Source of the DNA: an uncultured Gemmatimonadales bacterium
Lineage (GTDB): Bacteria > Gemmatimonadota > Gemmatimonadetes > Longimicrobiales > Gaopeijiaceae
Direction of reading: 5' to 3'
DNA length: 64,000 nt
Assembly: GCA_963809895.1 (NCBI GenBank)
Contig: CAWELD010000010.1
Coordinates: forward strand, 352,001 to 416,000
The position numbers were made by a program, and so were the translations under genes. Positions 42,558 through 51,314 of this stretch are shown piece after piece; the stretch's first letter is position 1; every line of letters starts with the position of its first letter. The notes under the pieces are model-generated. The model was given only the letters and a program-made list of their open reading frames with translations, did no database searches and was not told where the DNA came from.

Positions 42558-44363
42558 TCACGCCGCCGGGCGGGTGGCGAACTGGAGCTCGTGCAGGCGG
42601 GCGTACAGACCACCCCGCTCCAGCAGCTCCTGGTGGGTACCCTCTTCGCACAGCTCGCCGTGGTGCATCACGAGGATGCGGTCGGCATTCACCACCGTGG
42701 ACAGACGGTGCGCGATGACCACCGAGGTGCGGCCGCGCATCAGCTCGTTGGTGGCCTCCTCGATGTGCGCTTCGATCTCCGAGTCCACGGAGCTGGTGGC
42801 CTCGTCCAGGACCAGGATGGGCGGATCGAAGGCCAGGGCGCGTGCGAAGGAGACCAGCTGCCGCTCGCCCACGCTCAGGCTGGCCCCACGCTCGCCGAGA
42901 GGCTGGTCGTAGCCGTGCTCCAGTCGCTCGATGAAGGGGGCGGCGCCGATGCGTTCCGCCGCTTCCCGGATGCGCTCGTCGCCGATGGCCGGGGCTCCCA
43001 GGCGGATGTTGTACGCCACGTCCTGACTGAAGAGGAAGACGTCCTGTAGGACCAGGCCGATGCGTTCACGCAGGTCGTCGAGACGCACCCGATCAATGGG
43101 CACGCCATCCAGCAGGATCTCACCCCGCTGCACGTCGTAGAAGCGCATCAGCAGGTTGATGATGGTGGTCTTGCCGGCGCCCGTATGGCCCACGATCGCC
43201 ACCTTCTCGCCCGGCGCGACCCGGAAGCTCACGTCCTTCAGGACCCAATCCCACGCGTCGTCGTCGGTCTTGCCGTAGGCGAACCAGACGTTCCTGAACT
43301 CGATTTCGCCCCGGGTGTCGGAAGCGAGCTCAACCGGGTCCGCGGGATCGACGATCTCCACGTCACGGTCCAGCAGCTTGAAGATGCGCTCCGACGAAGC
43401 CATGGCGCCCTGGAGCAGGTTGTATTTCTCCGAGAGATCCTGGATGGGACGGAAGAAGCGGCGTGCGTACTGGAGGAAGGCGGCGACCACGCCCACGGTG
43501 ACCGCGCCGGACAGGACCTCGCGCCCTCCGGCGAAGATGATGAGCGCCAGCGCCACGGAGGTGAACACCTCGATGACCGGGAAGAAGAGGGCGTAGTAGG
43601 TGATGGAGCGCAGGTGCGCGTCCAGGTAGTCCTCGTTGATGTCCCGGTGACGCTGCGCGTCGGCCCCTTCGCGGTTGAAGAGCTGCACGACGCGCATGCC
43701 CGTGAAGCGCTCGTGCAGGAAGGCGTTGATGCGCGCGAGGCGGACCCGGATGTCCCGGTACGCGTCCCTGATGCGCGCGCGGAACAAGAAGGCCGCCCAG
43801 GCGACGAAGGGGAGCACCGAGAAGGTGATGAGCGCCAGCTTCGGGTCCATCTGAAGCATGGCGGCCAGGATGAAGACCAGGGTGAACACGTCGCCGAACA
43901 CGGACACCACGCCCGACGAGAAGAGCTCGTTGAGCGTCTCGACGTCGGAGGTGATGCGGGTCATGAGGCGGCCCACCGGGTTGCGGTCGAAATACCGCAG
44001 ATCCTGGCGCTGGAACTTGCGGAAGATCTCCTCCCGCAGGTCGTACATGACGGTCTGGCCGAGCCAGGTGGTGAGAATCCCCTGTCCGTACTGGAGGCCG
44101 AAGCTCAGCACGAGGGCGATGCCGTACCCGACGGTCAGGTATCCCAGCAGTCCGACGTCGCCCTGAGGGATCGCCTCGTCCAGCGCCCGCTTGGTGAGCC
44201 ACGGGCCGACGATCTCCAGGGCCGAAGCGCCCATGAGCAGCACGATCGCCAGAAGCACCAGCCACCGGTACGGGCTCAGGTAGCGCAACAAGCGACGCAT
44301 GAGGCGCGCGTCGTACGCCTTGCCCAGGACCTCTTCTTCGTGGATGCCGGGAGTGGGACTCAT
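42558..44363 (-). CDS. ABC exporter, fused permease and ATP-binding domains (MsbA/MdlB-like)
   Basis: TM domain; [32 protein letters not shown]. Confidence 0.95.
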   Translation of the reverse strand: MSPTPGIHEEEVLGKAYDARLMRRLLRYLSPYRWLVLLAIVLLMGASALEIVGPWLTKRALDEAIPQGDVGLLGYLTVGYGIALVLSFGLQYGQGILTTWLGQTVMYDLREEIFRKFQRQDLRYFDRNPVGRLMTRITSDVETLNELFSSGVVSVFGDVFTLVFILAAMLQMDPKLALITFSVLPFVAWAAFLFRARIRDAYRDIRVRLARINAFLHERFTGMRVVQLFNREGADAQRHRDINEDYLDAHLRSITYYALFFPVIEVFTSVALALIIFAGGREVLSGAVTVGVVAAFLQYARRFFRPIQDLSEKYNLLQGAMASSERIFKLLDRDVEIVDPADPVELASDTRGEIEFRNVWFAYGKTDDDAWDWVLKDVSFRVAPGEKVAIVGHTGAGKTTIINLLMRFYDVQRGEILLDGVPIDRVRLDDLRERIGLVLQDVFLFSQDVAYNIRLGAPAIGDERIREAAERIGAAPFIERLEHGYDQPLGERGASLSVGERQLVSFARALAFDPPILVLDEATSSVDSEIEAHIEEATNELMRGRTSVVIAHRLSTVVNADRILVMHHGELCEEGTHQELLERGGLYARLHELQFATRPAA

Positions 44364-44483
44364 GAAGGTGCCGTGCGACTCACGGGTGTCGGGAGAGCGG
44401 GAGGCCGCACCGCGTACACGGCGCCTGTGAGCCGGTTCCGGCGTCGCCGGGAGGGCGCGGCGCCCGCGCTGCCGTGCCGCCGC

Positions 44484-45108
44484 TCAGCGTCGGCGTGTGG
44501 CGAGCACAGCCGCGCACGTCGTCGAGCGACAGGCCGGCGGCGTCCAGCGCCACGAGCAGGTGATAGACCAGATCCGCGGCCTCGGCCGCCGACTGGTCGT
44601 GCTCGCCCCGGGCCAGGGCGAGGATGAGCTCCGCCGTCTCCTCGCCCAGCTTCTTGAGGCGCAGGTTCTCGTCTTCCAGGAGCTGCACCGTGTAGCTGTT
44701 CTGGGCCCCGGAGCGGCCACGCTCGCGTATCACGGCGCCGATCTGGTCCAGCACATCGGTGGGGTCGAGCCCGACGTCGCCGAAGCAGCTGCCGTCACCG
44801 GTGTGGCATGCCGGTCCGGTGGGCCGGACCAGAGCGAGTACCGTGTCGCCGTCACAGTCGGCGTGCAGGGATACGACCTCCAGAAAGGAGCCGCTGGTGG
44901 CTCCCTTGTGCCAGAGCTCGCCACGGGAGCGAGACCAGAAGTGCATCTGGCCCCGCGCGAGCGACAGCCGCAGGGCGTCGAGGTTGGCCCACGCCACCAT
45001 GAGCACGCGGCCGCTGCCGGCGTCCTGGCAGACCACGGGCAGGAGGCCCCGGTCGTCGAAGCGCAGGTCGACCAGGGCGTCGCCGTCGCGAAGCGTGCGA
45101 TCGGTCAT
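44484..45108 (-). CDS. hisIE: Bifunctional PR-AMP cyclohydrolase / PR-ATP pyrophosphatase (probable frameshift in last codons)
   Basis: WHKGATSG, DCDGDT, PACHTG; SYT..KKLGEE..EAADLVYH. Confidence 0.92.
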
Positions 45109-45860
45109 CGAACCGGTACTCCCCAGCCCCGGAGGGCCGCCTTGAGGCTCGCCACGGTGGTGGTGGCGTCGTGCAGGATCCCGGCCACCAGCGCGGCCGA
45201 CGCATGGCCCTCGTCGAACGCAGCCCGCAGGTGGGCCGCCTCACCCGCGCCGCCGGACGCGACCACCGGCACCGACACGCGGTCCGATACGGCGCGCGTG
45301 AGCTCGAGGTCGTAGCCCGTGCGGGCGCCGTCGCGGTCGATGGAGGTGAGCAGGATCTCGCCGGCGCCACGCCGGGCGCACTCTTCGGCCCACGCCACCG
45401 CATCGAGTCCCGTGTCGGTGCGCCCGCCGTGGGTCCAGTGACGCCAGGAGCCGTGACCGTCGTCGGCCGCGTCGACGCTGGCGACGATGCACTGGCTCCC
45501 GAAGCGGCGGGCGCCTTCCGCCAGCAGATCGGGATCGCGCACGGCGGCGGTATTCACGCTGATCTTGTCGGCGCCGGCGCGCAGGAGCGGACCGATGTCG
45601 TCCACGGAGCGCACACCGCCTCCGACCGTCAGGGGCACGAACAGGACTTCGGCGGTGCGCTGCACGAGATCCAGCAGCGTGCCGCGCCCCTCGCGAGAGG
45701 CCGAGATGTCCAGGTACACGATCTCGTCAGCGCCTTCCGCCTCGTAGCGCGCCGCCAGCTCCACCGGATCACCGACGTCGCGGAGATCCTGGAAGCGCGT
45801 GCCCTTCACGACGCGGCCGTCTCGCACGTCGAGGCAGACCACCACCCTGGGCTTCAGCAC
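45105..45860 (-). CDS. hisF: Imidazole glycerol phosphate synthase cyclase subunit
   Basis: [33 protein letters not shown]. Confidence 0.96.
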   Translation of the reverse strand: MLKPRVVVCLDVRDGRVVKGTRFQDLRDVGDPVELAARYEAEGADEIVYLDISASREGRGTLLDLVQRTAEVLFVPLTVGGGVRSVDDIGPLLRAGADKISVNTAAVRDPDLLAEGARRFGSQCIVASVDAADDGHGSWRHWTHGGRTDTGLDAVAWAEECARRGAGEILLTSIDRDGARTGYDLELTRAVSDRVSVPVVASGGAGEAAHLRAAFDEGHASAALVAGILHDATTTVASLKAALRGWGVPVR

Positions 45861-45861
45861 G

Positions 45862-46401
45862 TCAGTCCTCCCAGGTGAGCCGCACCGAGCCCTTGGTGCT
45901 GAAGACGGTGTCCCCCTGTCGGAGCGCCTGGCGCAGCGCCAGACCCACGGCCTTGACGGCGGCCTCCACCACATGATGGCGGTCGCGCCCACGCTCCGCG
46001 GTCACGTGGAGGGTGGCGCCCAGGTTGGTCGCCAGGCTGTGGAGGAAGTGCTGGTAGAGGGCGCTGGGGAGGGTACCCTCGTACCACGGCCGGCCGCCCA
46101 CGTCGATGGCGGCGGACACCAGGGCGTCGTCCATGGGCACGACGGCCCACCCGTAGCGCTGCACCTCGGCGGGGATCTCGCGCGCCAACGCCAACCCCAG
46201 GGTGATGGCGACATCCTCCACCAGGTGATGGCGCAGGTCGCCCCGGGCCTCGAGCTCGAGCGTGAGCCCCGCGTAGCGCGCCAGGGTCTCGAGCATGTGG
46301 GTCAGGAAGGGCTCGTCGGTGGTGATCCGTGCGGGCCCGGCGCCGACCGTCACGGTCAGCGCGACGCGGGTTTCTCCCGTCTCGCGTATCAAGCGTGCCA
46401 T
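45862..46401 (-). CDS. hisB: Imidazoleglycerol-phosphate dehydratase (monofunctional)
   Basis: RETGET, FLTHML, HHLVED, PMDD, HHVVEA, STKG. Confidence 0.93.
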   Translation of the reverse strand: MARLIRETGETRVALTVTVGAGPARITTDEPFLTHMLETLARYAGLTLELEARGDLRHHLVEDVAITLGLALAREIPAEVQRYGWAVVPMDDALVSAAIDVGGRPWYEGTLPSALYQHFLHSLATNLGATLHVTAERGRDRHHVVEAAVKAVGLALRQALRQGDTVFSTKGSVRLTWED

Positions 46402-46423
46402 GATGCCTCGGGTTGAGCGCGAC

Positions 46424-47137
46424 TCATCCGCCCCAGCGGGCGGCCACGTCGTCGGGGTCGAGAACGGCGGTGTAGAGGGCCATGCCCAGGACGGCGCCAG
46501 CGGCGCCGGCCTGCTCCAGGGCCTCCAGGTCCGACGTGCGGGTGATTCCCCCGGAGATCCACACGGGGTGGGCAGAAGAGCCCACGACGGCGGACATGGC
46601 CGCCAGGTCGATGCCCTCCATGCGACCCTCCCGCGCCGCGTCGGTACAAAGAATGCCCGCCAGGGGCAGCTCGTCGAGGCCGGCCAGAAACTCCTCCACC
46701 GCCAGCGGCGACTTCTCGGTCCACCCCCGGCGCAGGACGCGCCCGTCGCGCACGTCGGCGGCCACCACGACTCGCTGCTGGTGACGCCTGGCCAGTGCTT
46801 CCAGCCAGGGACGGTCGTCCACGGCGCGGGTTCCCACCACGACCCGATCGGCGCCGGCGACCAGGAGCTCGGCGGCCCGGCCATCGTCGCGGATGCCTCC
46901 TCCCACCTGGGTGGTGGCCGGCGTGGCGGTGGCGACCCGGGCCACGAGGGCGCGGTTGTCTCCGGTTCCCAGCGCCGCGTCCAGGTCCACGACGTGCAGC
47001 GTGCGGAAGCCACGGTCCCACCAGTGGCGCGCCATGGCCACCGGGTCGGGAATCGAGACGGCCTCCTCTTCGGGGACTCCCCCGACCAGCTGCACGCAGC
47101 GACCTCCTTTCACGTCCACGGCGGGTGCGACGATCAT
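46424..47137 (-). CDS. hisA: ProFAR isomerase
   Basis: PAVDVKGGRCVQL, LHVVDLD, QVGGGIR, SGGI. Confidence 0.95.
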   Translation of the reverse strand: MIVAPAVDVKGGRCVQLVGGVPEEEAVSIPDPVAMARHWWDRGFRTLHVVDLDAALGTGDNRALVARVATATPATTQVGGGIRDDGRAAELLVAGADRVVVGTRAVDDRPWLEALARRHQQRVVVAADVRDGRVLRRGWTEKSPLAVEEFLAGLDELPLAGILCTDAAREGRMEGIDLAAMSAVVGSSAHPVWISGGITRTSDLEALEQAGAAGAVLGMALYTAVLDPDDVAARWGG

Positions 47138-47754
47138 CGGACCCCTCCCTTGCCGGCAGAGGCCGCCAGGGCGAGGAAGTTCGCCAGCAGTCGGCGGCCC
47201 GGGCCGGAGCTCTTCTCCGGGTGAAACTGGACGCCCCAGGTGTTCCCGGAGCGCACCGACGCCACCAGGCGCCGGCCTTCGTACGTGCTCCACGCGATGA
47301 CGGTCGAGGGATCGTCGGGCCGGCACACGTACGAGTTCGCATAATAGGCCGGCATGGCCTCCACCCCCTGGAACAGCGGGTCGCCCGCCGTCTCCACCTC
47401 GTTCCATCCCATCTGGGGGACGCGCTTCGCCTCCAGGCGCTGGACCGATCCGGAAATGACGCCGATGCCGCGTCCCTCTCCCTCTTCGCTACGATCCATC
47501 AGGAGCTGCATGCCGAGACAGATGCCCAGGCACGGGAGCCCGCCCACCAGCGCCTGGCGGAGAGGGCTCGGGTCGGAGGGCAGCGCCTCCACGGCCGCCG
47601 AGAAGGCGCCGACGCCGGGCAGGACCATGGCGTCTGCGCCGTCCAGCGCCCGCCGCCAATCCGTGGTGACCACGACCTCGGCGCCGGCACCTTCCAGCCC
47701 CTTGCGGAGAGAGTGCAGGTTCCCGACCCCGTAGTCCAGCAACGCCACCTTCAC
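47134..47754 (-). CDS. hisH: IGP synthase glutamine amidotransferase subunit
   Basis: DYGVGNL, LPGVG, GICLGMQ, QFHPEKS. Confidence 0.96.
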   Translation of the reverse strand: MKVALLDYGVGNLHSLRKGLEGAGAEVVVTTDWRRALDGADAMVLPGVGAFSAAVEALPSDPSPLRQALVGGLPCLGICLGMQLLMDRSEEGEGRGIGVISGSVQRLEAKRVPQMGWNEVETAGDPLFQGVEAMPAYYANSYVCRPDDPSTVIAWSTYEGRRLVASVRSGNTWGVQFHPEKSSGPGRRLLANFLALAASAGKGGVR

Positions 47755-48851
47755 GGCCGGCCTCCGGCGGGCTCATCGGCGGCCGCCAGCGTATCCAGCG
47801 CCCCCAGAAAGCGCTCCATGAGCGGCCAGGGACCCACGGTCACCCGAAAGGCGTCGCCCACGTCGGGGCAGCTCGGGAACGGGCGTACCGCCACTCCCTG
47901 GTCGCGAAGGGCGGACGTCCACGCCTGGGCCGAGCCCGACGCCACCGGAACCAGGACGAAGTTCGCCCGTGAGGGCAGGGGCCGGAGCCCGCGCCGGGCC
48001 AGCTCGCCGTGGAGCCGCTCCCGGTTCTCGATGCACTCGCCCACGGTTCGGACCACCCACCCGGACTCGTCACGCAGCGCCGCGCTGCCGGCGGCCTCGG
48101 CGATGCGGCTGACCTTGTAGGGACCGCGACTCTTCTCCGCCTCCAGGACCAGACCGGGATCGCCGATCCCGAAACCGACCCTCATTCCGGCCAGGCCGTA
48201 CGCCTTGGAGAGCGTGCGCACCACAAGCGCCCGCGGGTGCGCCAGAGCCGCCTCGACGGCGGAGACGCCGGCGAAATCGGCGTAGGCCTCGTCGAGGATC
48301 ACCACCGGACCGTCCTCGCCGGCGCGATCCAGAAGCTCGCGTATCCAGGCCAGCCCCGAGAGGTGGCCCGTGGGGTTGTTGGGGCGGCACACGTAGACCA
48401 GCACCGGATGGTCGGCCAGGAGGCGGCCCGGATCGTCCAGAGCGGCCGACCACGGCACCGGGCGCGCGCTACGCCCGTTCATGCCCGTGAGCGGCTCCAC
48501 CATGGAGAAGGTGGGTGCCGCGAAGCGCACCACGCCGCCGTGTTCCGCGACCGCCCGCCACGTCGAGTCCAACACGTCGTCGGACCCGCATCCGGTCGTG
48601 ACATGCTCGGGAGCGACGCCGAAGCGTGCGGCGGCGGCCTCGCGGAGCTCGTCGGCGTACAGCGACGGATAGCGCGCCAGCGCGTGGATGTCGGCGTCGC
48701 GCACCACGGACAGGGCGTCGGGATGCGCGCCCCACAGGTTGGTATTGTCACACAGATCCACCGGCACCGGTCGCCGGTCCGGCGTATACCGGGTGAGCGG
48801 CCGGTAGTCGGGTCTGGGGAAGCGGCCTTCGCCGGGCTGGTCGGTACTCAC
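47751..48851 (-). CDS. hisC: Histidinol-phosphate aminotransferase
   Basis: RYP, GSDD, PNNPTG, DEAY, RTLSKAYGLAGMRVG. Confidence 0.94.
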   Translation of the reverse strand: MSTDQPGEGRFPRPDYRPLTRYTPDRRPVPVDLCDNTNLWGAHPDALSVVRDADIHALARYPSLYADELREAAAARFGVAPEHVTTGCGSDDVLDSTWRAVAEHGGVVRFAAPTFSMVEPLTGMNGRSARPVPWSAALDDPGRLLADHPVLVYVCRPNNPTGHLSGLAWIRELLDRAGEDGPVVILDEAYADFAGVSAVEAALAHPRALVVRTLSKAYGLAGMRVGFGIGDPGLVLEAEKSRGPYKVSRIAEAAGSAALRDESGWVVRTVGECIENRERLHGELARRGLRPLPSRANFVLVPVASGSAQAWTSALRDQGVAVRPFPSCPDVGDAFRVTVGPWPLMERFLGALDTLAAADEPAGGRP

Positions 48852-50164
48852 GATTCCCCTCCGGAGGACTCCAGGGGGGGCCGGCGCAGCCGCGCGGCCG
48901 CCGCGTGGGCCGGCAGTCCCTCGGCTCCGGCCAGCGCCACCACGCCGTCCACCAGCGCGGCGGCGGCCGTGGGGGTGAGCTCCTGCCAGGTATAGGAGCG
49001 CATGAAGTCCAGCACCGACAGGCCGCTGAAGCTTCGACTCGTGCCCGCGGTGGGCAGCACGTGGTTGGCGCCGGTGAGATAGTCCCCGAACGCCACCGCC
49101 GACGGCTGCCCCAGGAACACGGTGCCGGCGGTGCGGACGGCCCCCAGGTGGATGCGCGGCTCCCGCGTGTAGAGCGCCAGATGCTCCGCGGCGTAGTCGT
49201 CGGCGAAGGCCAGCGCCTGATCCAGGTCTTCGGCCAGGAGGAGTGCCCCCGATCCGGCCAGCGCCTCCGCGACCACCGCCCTTCGGGGTGCCTGGTCGAG
49301 TTGTGCCGCCAGCGCCGTGCGCACCGAGGCCAGGAGGTCTGCCGAGGGCGTGACCAACGCCACGCATGCGTGGGGGTCGTGCTCGGCCTGGGCCACCAAC
49401 TCCGCCGCCACCAGCTCGGCGTCGGCGCTGTCGTCGGCCACCACCAGGACCTCGGACGGACCCGCCGGGGAATCGATGAGCACCTGGCCGGCGACCTGGC
49501 GCTTCGCCTCCAGGACCCAGCGGTTGCCCGGTCCCACCACGGCGGCGCAACGGGGCACGGAACGGGTCCCGAACGCCATGGCGGCAACGGCCCCGGCGCC
49601 CCCCAACGAGAAGAGGCGGGTCGCTCCGCTCAGGGCGGCGGCGGCCATGACCACCGCAGACGGGCGCCCGTCGGGACCGGGGGGTGAACAGACCACGATC
49701 TCCTCGACCCCCGCCGCGCGGGCGGGCACCGCTCCCATGAGCACCGACGAGGGATAGGCGGCCCGGCCCCCCGGCGCGTAGACGCCCACGGCGGGCAGCG
49801 GCAGGAACCGGCGGCCCAGCGTGAGCCCCGGCTCCACCTCCATCCGGAGCTCGCCGGGGAGCTGCGCGCGGTGGAAGGTCTCGATGTTGGCGGCGGCGCG
49901 CTCCAGGGCGCTGCGCACGGTTCGGGGGATCGACGTCAGTGCCTCGTCCCAGATCTCCTTGGGCACCTCCAGCTCCTGGAGCTCCACGTCGTCGAGCTCC
50001 CGGGCGAGGGCACGCAGCGCGTCGTCGCCCTGGTCGCGCACCCGTTCGATGATGGCCGCGGTGGCCGCGGCCGCTTCTCGCGTGTCGGCCGGCTGGCGCT
50101 CCAGGAGCATGCGCCGTTGGTCGGAGGTCAGCGCCGCCAGGGATCCCTCCACCGCGATCCTCAT
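48848..50164 (-). CDS. hisD: Histidinol dehydrogenase
   Basis: YAPGGRAAYPSS, GPGN, PAGPSE, QAEH, GDY..GANHVLPT. Confidence 0.96.
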   Translation of the reverse strand: MRIAVEGSLAALTSDQRRMLLERQPADTREAAAATAAIIERVRDQGDDALRALARELDDVELQELEVPKEIWDEALTSIPRTVRSALERAAANIETFHRAQLPGELRMEVEPGLTLGRRFLPLPAVGVYAPGGRAAYPSSVLMGAVPARAAGVEEIVVCSPPGPDGRPSAVVMAAAALSGATRLFSLGGAGAVAAMAFGTRSVPRCAAVVGPGNRWVLEAKRQVAGQVLIDSPAGPSEVLVVADDSADAELVAAELVAQAEHDPHACVALVTPSADLLASVRTALAAQLDQAPRRAVVAEALAGSGALLLAEDLDQALAFADDYAAEHLALYTREPRIHLGAVRTAGTVFLGQPSAVAFGDYLTGANHVLPTAGTSRSFSGLSVLDFMRSYTWQELTPTAAAALVDGVVALAGAEGLPAHAAAARLRRPPLESSGGES

Positions 50165-51024
50165 GGCATGAGTCTCTCGATGCGGGTCACCAGGATGCCC
50201 TCGGCGCCGAGGGCCTTGAGCCGCGCGATGGTCTGGAAGACCCGATCGGCGTCCACCACGGCGTGCGCGGCGACCCAGTCTCCCGAGTCCTCGACTTCGA
50301 CGATGGTGGGGCCGTTGATGCCCGGAAGGACCGCTTTCACCTCGGTGAGGCGGGCCCGGGGAACGTTGGCCATGAGGTAGCGCTTCGCCCGGGCGCGCAG
50401 CACGGACTCCAGCGCCGTCACGACCTCGGTCATGGTGTGCCGGCGCCCCTCGTCTTCCCATGCGGCGCGATTCGCCACCACGCGGGCGGTGGACTCCAGG
50501 ATGGTGGCGATCTCGCGGAGGTTGTTCACCCGCAGCGTGGATCCCGTGCTGACCAGATCCACGATGACGTCGGCCACGCCCAGATGAGGGGCGATCTCGG
50601 TGGCGCCGGTCACCGGCGCGATCTCGATGGACACGTCCATGGCGTCGAAGTAGGAGCGCGTCAGGTTCGGGAACGAGGTGGCGATGCGAGATCCGGGGGC
50701 GATATCGGCCGGATGCCGGATCCCGCTGTTGTCGGGCACCGCCACGGCCAGGTGACAGCGGCCGAACCCCAGGTCCAGCAGCTCCTTGACCTCACGTCCG
50801 TTCTCGGCCACCAGATCGGCCCCCGTGACCCCGAGGTCGGCGGCGCCGTCGGCCACGAACTCCGGTATGTCGGCGGCCCGCACGAAGATGGCCTGACACG
50901 TGCCTCCCAGCTCCGCGACCAGGGCGCGCTCGGAGCTGAACTCGGCTCTGAGGCCCGCCGTCTCGAACAGATCCAACGCCTTGTCGTGGAGGCGTCCCTT
51001 GTTCGGCAGTGCGATTCTCAACAC
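50161..51024 (-). CDS. hisG: ATP phosphoribosyltransferase (long form)
   Basis: IALPNKGRL, ADLGVTG, DLVSTGSTL, C-terminal regulatory domain. Confidence 0.96.
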   Translation of the reverse strand: MLRIALPNKGRLHDKALDLFETAGLRAEFSSERALVAELGGTCQAIFVRAADIPEFVADGAADLGVTGADLVAENGREVKELLDLGFGRCHLAVAVPDNSGIRHPADIAPGSRIATSFPNLTRSYFDAMDVSIEIAPVTGATEIAPHLGVADVIVDLVSTGSTLRVNNLREIATILESTARVVANRAAWEDEGRRHTMTEVVTALESVLRARAKRYLMANVPRARLTEVKAVLPGINGPTIVEVEDSGDWVAAHAVVDADRVFQTIARLKALGAEGILVTRIERLMP

Positions 51025-51045
51025 GAAAATGTCCTCTTCGGAATG

Positions 51046-51085
51046 AAAAAACGCCGCGGCCCGTCCTTGTCGACGGGCCGCGGCG
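51046..51085 (-). terminator. his attenuator terminator
   Basis: - strand CGCCGCGGCCCGTC-GACAAG-GACGGGCCGCGGCG-TTTTTT; 14-bp stem, 21 nt before hisG. Confidence 0.9.
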
Positions 51086-51113
51086 CGGAGTGATGCGGGT
51101 GCTGGACGGCGTG

Positions 51114-51197
51114 CTAGGCGCGTACCCCCGACTCCACGGTGCCCGTTGGAGCGCCGTGATGGTGATGGGAATGCCGGAAGTGCCGGGTGCCGTTCAT
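51114..51197 (-). CDS. hisL: his operon leader peptide (27 aa)
   Basis: MNGTRHFRHSHHHHGAPTGTVESGVRA*; six His codons, four in tandem, upstream of the terminator and hisG. Confidence 0.85.
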   Translation of the reverse strand: MNGTRHFRHSHHHHGAPTGTVESGVRA

Positions 51198-51314
51198 GCC
51201 GGGAAAGGTAGCTCGGTGCCGGACGAGGTCAAGACGGGGCGCCACTCCCTCGTCACCCTTCCAGTAGCGCATTTCGCCGGAACTCCGCCGCCCGGCGGGG
51301 GTTCGGTCCGTGCT

